A stretch of 64,000 bases of DNA, from the NCBI GenBank assembly GCA_030704615.1, contig CM060731.1, forward strand, positions 21,886,001 to 21,950,000. Direction: 5' to 3'. The position numbers and the translations under genes are program-made. Positions 1 through 12,100 of the stretch are shown one piece after another. Each line of letters starts with the position of its first letter. Position 1 is the stretch's first letter. This DNA is from Takakia lepidozioides. Lineage: Eukaryota; Plantae; Bryophyta. Under the pieces are notes generated by a model. That model did not search any database and was not told the DNA's origin. It worked only from the letters and a program-made list of their open reading frames with translations.

Positions 1-155
1 ATTAAGAGTGGCCTCTTCTGTATTGTAATTTATGTCAGATTGGGACAGTAATGTGATCTCCTCTCGCAGAGGTGTAGAGGGAAAATGTCTGCTAAAGCCT
101 TGTTATTGTGGACCAATGCGAGTAAATTATTGACTTGATCGCTTGTATGTTGCAG

Positions 156-3100
156 TACCTTCCGTCTCACCTGGGAATCCATATGTTGGTAAGTTGTTTT
201 TTCTCAGGACCTTGTTGGTGTATTGTTCTGTTTTGTTGAAATATGTGGTTCAACCTTCTTTTTGCAATGTTTTGTGTTAAAATCGTGAGGCAGATGAACT
301 GTGCTCAAGTCCAAGTTGTACACGAGCAATGTAGTCTCTAATCTATTTCTGTTCGTTGACTGGGACGCTCCTCTCAAAATTGATCCATTGAGAGTGGCCT
401 CTTCTGTTTTTTAGTTTATGTCAGATTGGGACAGTAATGTGATCTCCTCTCACAGAGGTGTAGAGTCACAGAGGTGTAGAGGGAAAACGTCTGCTAAAGT
501 CTTGTTATTGTGGACCTATATGAGTAAATTATTGACTTGATCGCTTGTATACTGCAGTATCTTCCGTTTCACCTGGAAATCCATCCGTTTCGCCTGCAGT
601 ATCTTCCGTTCCTGTTGGTAAGTTGTTTTTACTCAGGACCTTGTTGGTGTATTGGTCTTTTTTGTTCAAATATGTGGATTCAACTTTCGTTGTGCAATGT
701 TTTGTGTTAAAATGTTAAAACTATGAGGCAGATGAACTGTGCTCCGAGTCCAAGTTGCACTCGACCAATGTAGTCCCTGATCTAATTTGTTTGTTGACTC
801 GGACGCTTTTCTCAATGTTGATCCATTAAGAGTGGCCTCTTCTGTATTGTAGTTTACGTCTGATTGGGCCAGCAATGTAGCCCCTGATCTATTTCTGTTC
901 GTTGACTGGGACTCATCTCTCAAAATTGATACATTAAGATTGGCCTATTCATTATTGTAGCTTATATCAGATTGGGACAATGTGATCCCTTCTCGCAGAG
1001 GTGCAGGGAAAATGTCCCTCGAAGCCTTATTATTGTGGACCGAGTGAATTATTGACTTGATCGTTTGTATGTTGCAGGGCCATCTGCTGCACCTGGAAAT
1101 CCATATAAAGGTCACTGTCTCTGCCCCGGACCTTTTCAATCTATGCTTGTATCTTGGCCAAATTTGTGGCTTCAAGCATATTTCTGCTTCAATTGAATGA
1201 ATTTTATTTGTATGATGAGGCAGATGAATAGTTCGAGTTGTACCAGCGCAATGTACTATATGGAGATTAGGGTTTATTATTTTATTCCCGTGTGTTTTAA
1301 TTTGGAGGCCTCATCGAAATTACTCCATTGAGAGTGGCCTTTATTGTGCTCTTTGTCATGCCGTATTGGAGCATGGGTGTGATCTTTGTCCACAGAAGTG
1401 GAGAGGGAAAGCTTCTGGGGTATTTATCTTAGTGGTCCTGCGTCAGTAAATGATGGACTTTGATTGTTTGTATGTTACAGGGCCATCAGCCGCACCTGGA
1501 AATCCATATAAAGGTTGATATCTTTGCTCAGGAACTTTTCAATTGAAATCTCCAATTTGCACAAATATTTGGCTTGAAGTCTCGTCTTTAAATTATGGAT
1601 TGGTTTAGAGGGGTTTTGTCATCGTGTACCTGTGTGAGTTCAATATGGACCTGATCGGTCGTATGTCACAGGCCCATCAGTTGCACCAGGAAACCCGTAT
1701 AAAGGTCAACTTTTATCCCAGGATATTTTCACTTTAAAGTCTTATTCACCCAAACATGTGGTTTCAAGCATTTTGTAAATTCTTGAGTGAAAACTTCTAG
1801 GGTCTTCATCGTTGTGTACCTGTGTGAGTAAATTCTGGACTTGATTATTTGTCTGATACAGTGCCATCAGCTGCTCCAGGAAATCCATATAAAGGTCAAT
1901 AGTGCTTCTCATGAACTTTCCACTCCAAATATCCATCTTGCCCCAATATGCGAGTTGAAGCACTTTCTGTAAATGACTAGGGGGAGGCTCCATCTACCCT
2001 TAATGGTCATGTAGTTGGTGTCGTATTGGAATAGCAGTATGGCCTGCTTGCTCACAGATAGGCAAAAATTTCTTATCTTTGTGGGCCAGTAATTGATGGT
2101 CGGTGTGTTGCAGGGCCATCTGCTGCACCTGGAAATCCGTATGTTGGTCAGTATCTTTGCTCACGACCTTTTCAGTCTACGGTCGTAGTACTGAAATACG
2201 TGGGATCAAGCAGTTTTTGTCTTGATTGGAGTTGTCTGTTTGTTTGGTTGGTTGTTTGGTTTCCTAAATATGTGGTTCCCAGCGTTTTTTTAATCTTTGG
2301 TTTGAGGATAATGTCTGTTCTCAGTTCAAGCAATATGAGAGCAATCTTGTCTAGGAAAGCTCCTTGTAATCAATTCTGTTACTTGTCGACTCGGAAGACT
2401 TTCTGAGTTGATGCATTTAGAGTGGTCTTTATTGTGCTCTAGTTTACATTGTACTCTAGCAACAAATGTGGTCTGTCAAGACAAGCTTATTGAAAAGACC
2501 TATCATGGTTGACCTTCGTGAGTAAACGATAAACTTGATGGTTTGTATGTTGCAGGGCCATCTGCTGCACCTGGAAATCCATATGTTGGTCAGTATCGTC
2601 ACTCAGTACCTGCTAGTGAATAGCTTTAATTTGCACAAACCTTTATTTTTACTTTTACTTCTACAGTTCTAATTTGCCCACATGGGTGTTCAAACAGTGT
2701 TTGTCATTATTGCAAGTGTGGAACAGCAACGTGGCCTCCTTTCTAACCAAGGTGTAGATGGAAAACTTTTGGGGATGACTTTTCATCGTGTAACTTAATG
2801 TGTAAGATTGATTGGTTTGTATACTGCAGGGCCATCGGCTGCTCCAGGAAATCCATATGTTGGTCAGTATCTGTGCTCAGGACCTTTCCAGATTACAGTT
2901 CTAATATGCCCAAACATGTCTGTTCAAAACAGTTTCTCTCTTTATTGAAACTGTTTGGTCTGCACATCATGAGACAGATAGAGTGTCTTTTCGTAGTACG
3001 AGAGCAATGTAGTCTGTGGAGAATGAAAGCTACTTGGGGTGGACAGAAATTTTTTGGGGATTACTTTTGATGGCATAACTCAATGTTGGTTGGTTTGTAT

Positions 3101-6100
3101 TCTTCAGGGCCATCGGCTGCTCCAGCCGGAAATCCATATGTTGGTCAGTATCTGTGCTTGGGACCTTTTCAGTCTATGGTTCTAGTCCACTCTGAGATAT
3201 GTGGGTTCAAGCATTTTTTTCTTAGTTGAAACTGTTTGGTTGTAGACGGAAAAAATTTGGGATTACTTTTCGTGGTGTTTGTCAATGTGTGACGTTGATT
3301 GGTTTGTATTCTTCAGGGACATCAGCTCCAGCCGGAAATCCATATGTTGGTCAGTATCTGTGCTTGGGACCTTTTCAGTCTATGGTTCTAGTCCACTCTG
3401 AGATATGTGGGTTCAAGCATTTTTTTCTTAGTTGAAACTGTTTGGTTGTAGACGGAAAATTTTTGGGCTTACTTTTCGTTGTGTTTGTCAATGTGTGGCG
3501 TTGATTGGTTTGTATTCTTCAGGGACATCAGCTCCAGCCGGAAATCCATATGTTGGTCAGTATCTGTGCTTGGGACCTTTTCAGTCTATGGTTCTAGTCC
3601 ACCCTGAGATATGTGGGTTCAAGCATTTTTTTCTTAGTGGAAACTGTTTGGTTGTAGGCCGAAATTTTTTGGGATTACTTTTCGTGGTGTTTGTCAATGT
3701 GTGACGTTGATTGGTTTGTATTCTTCAGGGACATCAGCTCCAGCCGGAAATCCATATGTTGGTCAGTATCTGTGCTTGGGACCTTTTCAGTCTATGGTTC
3801 TAGTCCACTCTGAGATATGTGGGTTCAAGCATTTTTTTCTTAGTTGAAACTGTTTGGTTGTAGAAGGAATAATTTTGTGATTACTTTTCGTCGTGTTTCT
3901 CAATGTGTGGCGTTGATTGGTTTGTATTTTTCAGGGACATCAGCTCCAGCCGGAAATCCATATGTTGGTCAGTATCTTTGCTTGGGACCTTTCCAGTCTA
4001 TGGTTCTAGTCCACTCTGAGATATGTGGGTTCAGGCAGTTTTTTCTTAGTTGAAACTGTTTGGTTGTAGAAGGAATAATTTTGTGATTACTTTTCGTCGT
4101 ATTTCTCAATGTGTGGCGTTGATTGGTTTGTATTCTTCAGGGACCTCAGCTCCAGCCGGAAATCCATATGTCGGTGAGTATCTGTGCTTGGGACCTTTCC
4201 AGTCTATGGTTCTAGTCCACTCTGAGATATGTGGGTTCAAGCATTTTTTTCTTAGTGGAAACTGTTTGGTTGTAGAAGGAATAATTTTGTGATTACTTTT
4301 GATCGTATTTCTCAATGTGTGGCGTTGATTGGTTTGTATTCTTCAGGGACATCAGCTCCAGCCGGAAATCCATATGTTGGTCAGTATCTGTGCTTGGGAC
4401 CTTTTCAGTCTATGGTTCTAGTCCACTCTGAGATATGTGGGTTCAAGCATTTTTTTCTTAGTTGAAACTGTTTGGTTGTAGAAGGAATAAGTTGGTGATT
4501 ACTTTTCGTCGTGTTTCTCAATGTGTGGCGATGATTGGTTTGTATTTTTCAGGGACATCAGCTCCAGCCGGAAATCCATATGTTGGTCAGTATCTGTGTT
4601 TGGGACCTTTTCAGTCTATGGTTCTAGTCCACTCTGAGATATGTGGGGTCAAGCATTTTTTTCTTAGTGGAAACTGTTTGGTTGTTGGCCGAAAATTTTT
4701 GGGATTACTTTTCGTGGTGTTTGTCAATGTGTGACGTTGATTGGTTTGTATTCTTCAGGGACATCAGCTCCAGCCGGAAATCCATATGTTGGTCAGTATC
4801 TGTGCTTGGGACCTTTTCAGTCTATGGTTCTAGTCCACTCTGAGATATGTGGGTTCAAGCATTTTTTTTCTTAGTTGAAACTGTTTGGTTGTAGACGGAA
4901 AATTTTTGGGTTTACTTTTCGTGGTTTTTGTCAATGTGTGACGTTGATTGGTTTGTATTCTTCAGGGACATCAGCTCCAGCCGGAAATCCATATGTTGGT
5001 CAGTATCTGTGCTTGGGACCTTTTCAGTCTATGGTTCTAGTCCACTCTGAGATATGTGGGTTCAAGCATTGTTTTCTTAGTTGAAACTGTTTGGTTGTAG
5101 AAGGAATAATTTTGTGATTACTTTTCGTCGTGTTTCTCAATGTGTGGCGTTGATTGGTTTGTATTTTTCAGGGACATCAGCTCCAGCCGGAAATCCATAT
5201 GTTGGTCAGTATCTTTGCTTGGGACCTTTCCAGTCTATGGTTCTAGTCCACTCTGAGATATGTGGGTTCAGGCAGTTTTTTCTTAGTTGAAACTGTTTGG
5301 TTGTAGAAGGAATAATTTTGTGATTACTTTTCGTCGTATTTCTCAATGTGTGGCGTTGATTGGTTTGTATTCTTCAGGGACCTCAGCTCCAGCCGGAAAT
5401 CCATATGTCGGTGAGTATCTGTTCTTGGGACCTTTCCAGTCTATGGTTCTAGTCCACTCTGAGATATGTGGGTTCAAGCATTTGTTTCTGAGTGGAAACT
5501 GTTTGGTTGTAGAAGGAATAATTTTGTGATTACTTTTGATCGTATTTCTCAATGTGTGGCGTTGATTGGTTTGTATTCTTCAGGGACATCAGCTCCAGCC
5601 GGAAATCCATATGTTGGTCAGTATCTGTGCTTGGGACCTTTTCAGTCTATGGTTCTAGTCCACTCTGAGATATGTGGGTTCAAGCATTTTTTTCTTAGTT
5701 GAAACTGTTTGGTTGTAGAAGGAATAAGTTGGTGATTACTTTTCGTCGTGTTTCTCAATGTGTGGCGATGATTGGTTTGTATTTTTCAGGGACATCAGCT
5801 CCAGCCGGAAATCCATATGTTGGTCAGTATCTGTGTTTGGGACCTTTTCAGTCTATGGTTCTAGTCCACTCTGAGATATGTGGGGTCAAGCATTTTTTTC
5901 TTAGTGGAAACTGTTTGGTTGTTGGCCGAAAATTTTTGGGATTACTTTTCGTTGTGTTTGTCAATGTGTGACGTTGATTGGTTTGTATTCTTCAGGGACA
6001 TCAGCTCCAGCCGGAAATCCATATGTTGGTCAGTATCTTTGCTTGGGACCTTTTCAGTCTATGGTTCTAGTCCACTCTGAGATATGTGGGTTCAAGCATT

Positions 6101-9100
6101 TTTTTTCTTAGTTGAAACTGTTTGGTTGTAGACGGAAAATTTTTGGGTTTACTTTTCGTGGTTTTTGTCAATGTGTGACGTTGATTGGTTTTTATTCTTC
6201 AGGGACATCAGCTCCAGCCGGAAATCCATATGTCGGTGAGTATCTTTGCTTGGGACCTTTCCAGTCTATGGTTCTAGTCCACTCTGAGATATGTGGGTTC
6301 AAGCATTTTTTTCTTAGTGGAAACTGTTTGGTTGTAGAAGGAATAATTTTGTGATTACTTTTCGTTGTGTTTGTCAATGTGTGACGTTGATTGGTTTGTA
6401 TTCTTGAGGGACATCAGCCCCAGCCGGAAATCCATATGTTGGTCAGTATCTGTGCTTGGGACCTTTTCAGTCTATGGTTCTAGTCCACTCTGAGATATGT
6501 GGGTTCAAGCATTTTTTTCTTAGTTGAAATTGTTTGGTTGTAGAAGGAATAATTTTGTGATTACTTTTCGTCGTGTTTCTCAATGTGTGGCGTTGATTGG
6601 TTTGTATTTTTCAGGGACATCAGCTCCAGCCGGAAATCCATATGTTGGTCAGTATCTGTGCTTGGGACCTTTTCAGTCTATGGTTCTAGTCCACTCTGAG
6701 ATATGTGGGATCAAGCATTTGTTTCTTAGTTGAAACTGTTTGGTTGTAGAAGGAATAATTTTGTGATTACTTTTCGTCGTATTTCTCAATGTGTGGCGTT
6801 GATTGGTTTGTATTCTTCAGGGACATCAGCTCCAGCCGGAAATCCATATGTCGGTGAGTATCTTTGCTTGGGACCTTTCCAGTCTATGGTTCTAGTCCAC
6901 TCTGAGATATGTGGGTTCAAGCATTTTTTTCTTAGTGGAAACTGTTTGGTTGTAGGCCGAAATTTTTTGGGATTACTTTTCGTGGTGTTTGTCAATGTGT
7001 GACGTTGATTGGTTTGTATTCTTCAGGGACATCAGCTCCAGCCGGAAATCCATATGTTGGTCAGTATCTGTGCTTGGGACCTTTTCAGTCTATGGTTCTA
7101 GTCCACTCTGAGATATGTGGGTTCAAGCATTTTTTTCTTAGTTGAAACTGTTTGGTTGGAGAAGGAATAATTTGGTGATTACTTTTCGTCGTGTTTCTCA
7201 ATGTGTGGCGATGATTGGTTTGTATTTTTCAGGGACATCAGCTCCAGCCGGAAATCCATATGTTGGTCAGTATCTGTGCTTGGGACCTTTTCAGTCTATG
7301 GTTCTAGTCCACTCTCAGATATGTGGTTTCAAGCATTTTTTTCTTAGTTGAAACTGTTTGGTTGTAGACGGAGAATTTTTGGGATTACTTTTCGTGGTGT
7401 TTGTCAATGTGTGACGTTGATTGGTTTGTATTCTTCAGGGACATCAGCCCCAGCCGGGAATCCATATGTTGGTCAGTATCTGTGCTTGGGACCTTTTCAG
7501 TCTATGGTTCTAGTCCACTCTGAGATATGTGGGTTCCAGCATATTTTTCTTTGTTGAAACTGTTTGGTTGTAGAAAGAATAATTTTGTGATTAGTTTTCG
7601 TCGTGTTTCTCAATGTGTGGCGTTGATTGGTTTGTATTCTTCAGGGACATCAGCTCCAGCCGGAAATCCATATGTTGGTCAGTATCTGTTCTTGGGACCT
7701 TTTCAGTCTATGGTTCTAGTCCACTCTGAGATATATGGGTTCAAGCATTTTTTTCTTAGTTGAAACTGTTTGGTTGTAGAAGGAATAATTTTGTGATTAC
7801 TTTTTGTCGTATTTCTCAATGTGTCGCGTTGATTGATTTGTATTCTTCAGGGACATCAGCTCCAGCCGGAAATCCATATGTTGGTCAGTATCTGTGCTTG
7901 GGACCTTTTCAGTCTATGGTTCTAGTTCACTCTCAGATATGTGGGTTCAAGCTTTTATTTCTTAGTTGAAACTGTTTGGTTGTAGCCCGAAAATTTTTGG
8001 GATTACTTTTCGTTGTGTTTGTCAATGTGTGACGTTGATTTGTTTGTATTCTTCAGGGACATCAGCTCCAGCCGGAAATCCATATGTTGGTCAGTATCTG
8101 TGCTTGTAACCTTGTCAGTCTATGGTTCTAGTCCACTCTGAGATATGTGGGTTCAAGCATTTTTTTTTTAGTGGAAACTGTTTGGTTGTAGACGGAAAAT
8201 TTTTGGGATTACTTTTCGTGGTGTTTGTCAATGTGTGACGTTGATTGGTTTGTATTCTTCAGGGACATCAGCCCCAGCCGGAAATCCATATGTTGGTCAG
8301 TATCTTTGCTTGGGACCTTTTCAGTCTATGGTTCTAGTCCACTCTGAGATATGTGGGTTCAAGCAGTTTTTTCTTAGTTGAAACTGTTTTGTTGTAGATG
8401 TACTCGTAAGACATTGTTTGCCGTAGCCTTGTGGCCATTGACCCCACGCCCTGTTTGAGCGGGACGTAAAGGGAAAGAAACTACCTTTGTCAGGGGCTGA
8501 CGCCGGTAGTTTGTTTTACCTCGGAATAAACAGTTGAGCTGTGATTTCCAGATAGCTTCCAGAAATCTCTTCACACAAGCATCAATCTGATGTGTGTGAT
8601 TTGCCCAATAGCTAGACCCTAAAAGAGCCTGGGCTTTTGGTTCAGCCTCAAGATTTTCAAAGTTGTTAAACAGAGGTACAGGCACAATTTCCTTGATGGA
8701 ATTGAAGAGGGTGTCCCATTGGTGAGAGTACCCAGGACAATGAATCAGGAAGTGAATATTGTCTTCAGGTTGCCCACACAACGGGCACTTACGTTTAGAT
8801 GCTCAATTGCTTCCGCAATCTCAGAGGAACTAATGGGAGCATTATAACCCTTTAAAATATACTACAGTTCATCAGGGCTGTCTTGAATCATAGACAGAGT
8901 TCTTTCTAGCATGTCATTCCATTCTTCAGAAAACCCCTCGCTGCTAGAACTAGAATTAAGTGTACTGTAGTGGGTTTCAAAGGTGTTGACAATGTCAGCC
9001 GTTGAAGTCACCACTGCACCCTTAGGGGTCCTCAGCGCTTGTACTTGCGGACAATTTTTCGGCTTGTACAGACGTTGAAGGGCCAACCAGAATTTCTTGC

Positions 9101-12100
9101 CATTACCACCGTGGTGGTTTGAGTTTATTTCCCCGTATAACTTATCCCAATATAGTTTCTTCTGAGACCTTACAAGCTGATTGATATCTTTGCGGAGCTG
9201 GTAGTACCTAACCCAAAGGTCATTATTGACTTTCATTCTGCAGCACTCTTTATAGAGGGCTCGTCTCTTGGCAATCTTGAGTGTGATCTCATCGGTCCAC
9301 CAATTAACAGCTCTACCGCAGACAATTAGTGTCCTCCCAATGATCTTTTCAGCCACAGAAGAGACGAAACTCTCCCAAGAGTCCTCCGCTCTTTCGACTT
9401 CATTTCTTGCATTGCCAGCGCAAGATTGAAGGTCTTGGAGCGAATGGACAAAGTTGGGCAGAGCCTCTTGCAAGGCCTGGACATACTCAGCCTTGACCTC
9501 TTCATTTCCGGATTTCTCAATGCGCCATTTCTGGATCGAACGTGTCACAGATCTCTTGGTGTTGGGGAAACACCTTTTGATCTCAGTCCAAACCAGAAAG
9601 TTGTCAGAGGTACCAATATCAGTTCTGTCAATTAACACATTGGCACACTGGGGAAACAGACTCTTGTCCACTATGATATAATGCACAATGGATCGTTCCC
9701 CAGTTTGGGCTTTCTCACGGGTTCACTTCACCTGGTCACCTTTTGACCTATTGTTCAGGGTCGAAAGCTGAAGCTCTTCCAGACAGTTAATTAACCGTCT
9801 TCCATTAGAGTTCAGCTCGTCCTCACTAAAAGGTCCGATGATATCATCCTGGTGAAGACCTTTACCCACCCGGGCATTGAAGTCACCCAATAAGACCACC
9901 TGGCCCTTGGCAAGGAACTTAGCACAGTCCAGCTTTACGTCTTCGAAGGCTTTATCTGCGTCAGCACTAAGGGTCCCCACTGTGGGCATGTAAACACAGC
10001 CCACAAAGAGGTCCTTCCTACTCACGCTGCCCTTCAATTTCAGTTTCACCCAGATACTGTGCTCATACCGCAAATCCTTGTTGATAATTTCACAATTGTC
10101 ACACAAGAAATCTCGGACAAAGAAGCCAACACCTTTTTGCCCACGCTTGGCGGAGGTCGCCTTACGCGCACACATCTTGCCAAACCAACGGTAGCCGTTG
10201 ACATCTCCAACCAGTTTGTCCAAAGTTTCCCATGTCTCTTGCCCAGGACAGATATAAATACCATTTGACTGAAGAACTTGTCCCACTTCAAATTGTTTCC
10301 TTTGGTTAGTCAACCCCAAGAAGTTGAAAGTGCCCAGCCGCAAGCCAGCCTTTTGCATATGGATTGTTTGCCGTCTAGGGAGCCTATGATTGCTCCTGGA
10401 TGACCAACCGCTCTGCAAAGGGGGATCAGTTGCCCCATGTGTAGATTTTGGGCGTCTAGAGTAAACTTTAAGGATTGGCAAACCATTCAGAGTGCCAAAT
10501 CCTTCAGGCGAAGATTTAATTCTTCTCGAGTAAACCTTAAGGATTGGCAATCCATTCAGAGTGCCAAATCCTTCAGGTTCCTGATGCTCCGCCTCAGCAC
10601 ACATAGGGCCAACTAACCTGTCTGGCTGCTTGGTATCAATCTCTTCCAGGGCTTCAAACCGGTTAAAAACTTTGAAGTTGAAGTTCCCACACTTGACTGT
10701 CTTCCTAGAGTGCCCGTTTGAATCACCAATGTCTAAGACTGCCCTCCAACCAGTCAAGGGGCGAATTTCTTTGAAACTGATTTGATGTGGGATTCTATAG
10801 CAGATTTAGGCAATGAAACCTTCAAAGTAGCTCTGTTATCCAATCTGGAGATGGTGCCATTAGCCACATAATCCAAGCCTAAGCTGGAGCAGGTAGTTTT
10901 AAAGGACACATCGTCCATCCTGGGATTCACCCCAAAAACTACACATGAAACTCTAGATTTGGCATAAGTAACCATTTCCCAGGAATGACCCTGAGTAGTG
11001 TTATTATCGGAATGGCCAAATATTTCTTCTGTATTCGCAGGCTGTAAGTTTAAGCACAAGAACCAACCCTAGCCCAAGTGCCGAGCATGCTAGGCAGAGC
11101 ATGCAACTGCCTATTTTGGGCGGAGGGGCTGCCCCCAAGTGGTAGGGGTCCGCTTGTTACCATTCAGAGATCATCACTCCAAACATGTAGACATGTTCTA
11201 AAGAGGGAGAGGCCCCAGACTCTCCAACTAAATCCAATGTACTACCTTACCCAAAGCAGAGTGCTTCAGGTCAAAAAAAACCAAGACACGAGGTCGCAAG
11301 GCTGGCATTTAGTCACAGAGACATTTATCTACTCCCATTTCAAGTCCACCCAATGTCATGGCTTCCTAGAGGGCAGGGAGGAATGTTTTGTTGTAGATGG
11401 AAAAACTTTGGGACTACTTTTCGTTGTGTTTCTCAATGTGTGACGTTGATTGGTTTGTATTCTTCAGGGACATCAGCTCCAGCCGGAAATCCATATGTTT
11501 GTCAGTGTCTTTGCTTGGGACCTTTTCAGTCTATGGTTCTAGTCCACTCTCAGATATGTGGGTTCAAGCATTTTTTCTTAGTTGAAACTGTTTTGTTGTA
11601 GATGGAAAAATTTTGGGATTACTTTTTGTCGTTTCGCAATGTGTGACGTTGATTGATTTGTATTCTTCAGGGACATCAGCTCCAGCCGGAAATCCATATG
11701 TTGGTCAGTACCTTTGCTGGGGACCTTTTCAGTCTATGGTTCTAGTCCACTCTCAGATGTGGGTTCAAGCATTTTTTTCTTAGTTGAAACTGTTTGGTTG
11801 TAGAAGGAAAAATTTTGGGATTACTTTTCGTCGTGTTTCTCAATGTGTGATGTTGATTGGTTTGTATTCTTCAGGGACATCAGCTCCAGCCGGAAATCCA
11901 TATGTTGGTCAGTATCTGTGCTTGGGACCTTTTCGGTCTATGGTTCTAGTCCACTCTCAGATATGTGGGTTCAAACAGTTTTTTCTTAGTTGAAACTGTT
12001 TGGTTGTAGATTGTCAGGCAGAGTGTACTCGGCAGTTCAGTCTTTTGGAGAGAGCTCTGTCTTAATCAGCTGGTTGTTTGGTGACTGGGTGGCCTTCTGG

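Noticed and set aside
3226-7969. Repeated 69-90 aa ORFs (MKLFGCRR...) as a tandem family of small proteins
   Set aside because: They start at TTG, run through intron sequence with frequent substitutions, and only the AG/GT-bounded 33 nt is constrained.
3100-12010. CRISPR array or centromeric satellite
   Set aside because: The spacers are homologous to each other, there are no cas genes, the context is eukaryotic, and the splice signals explain the unit.
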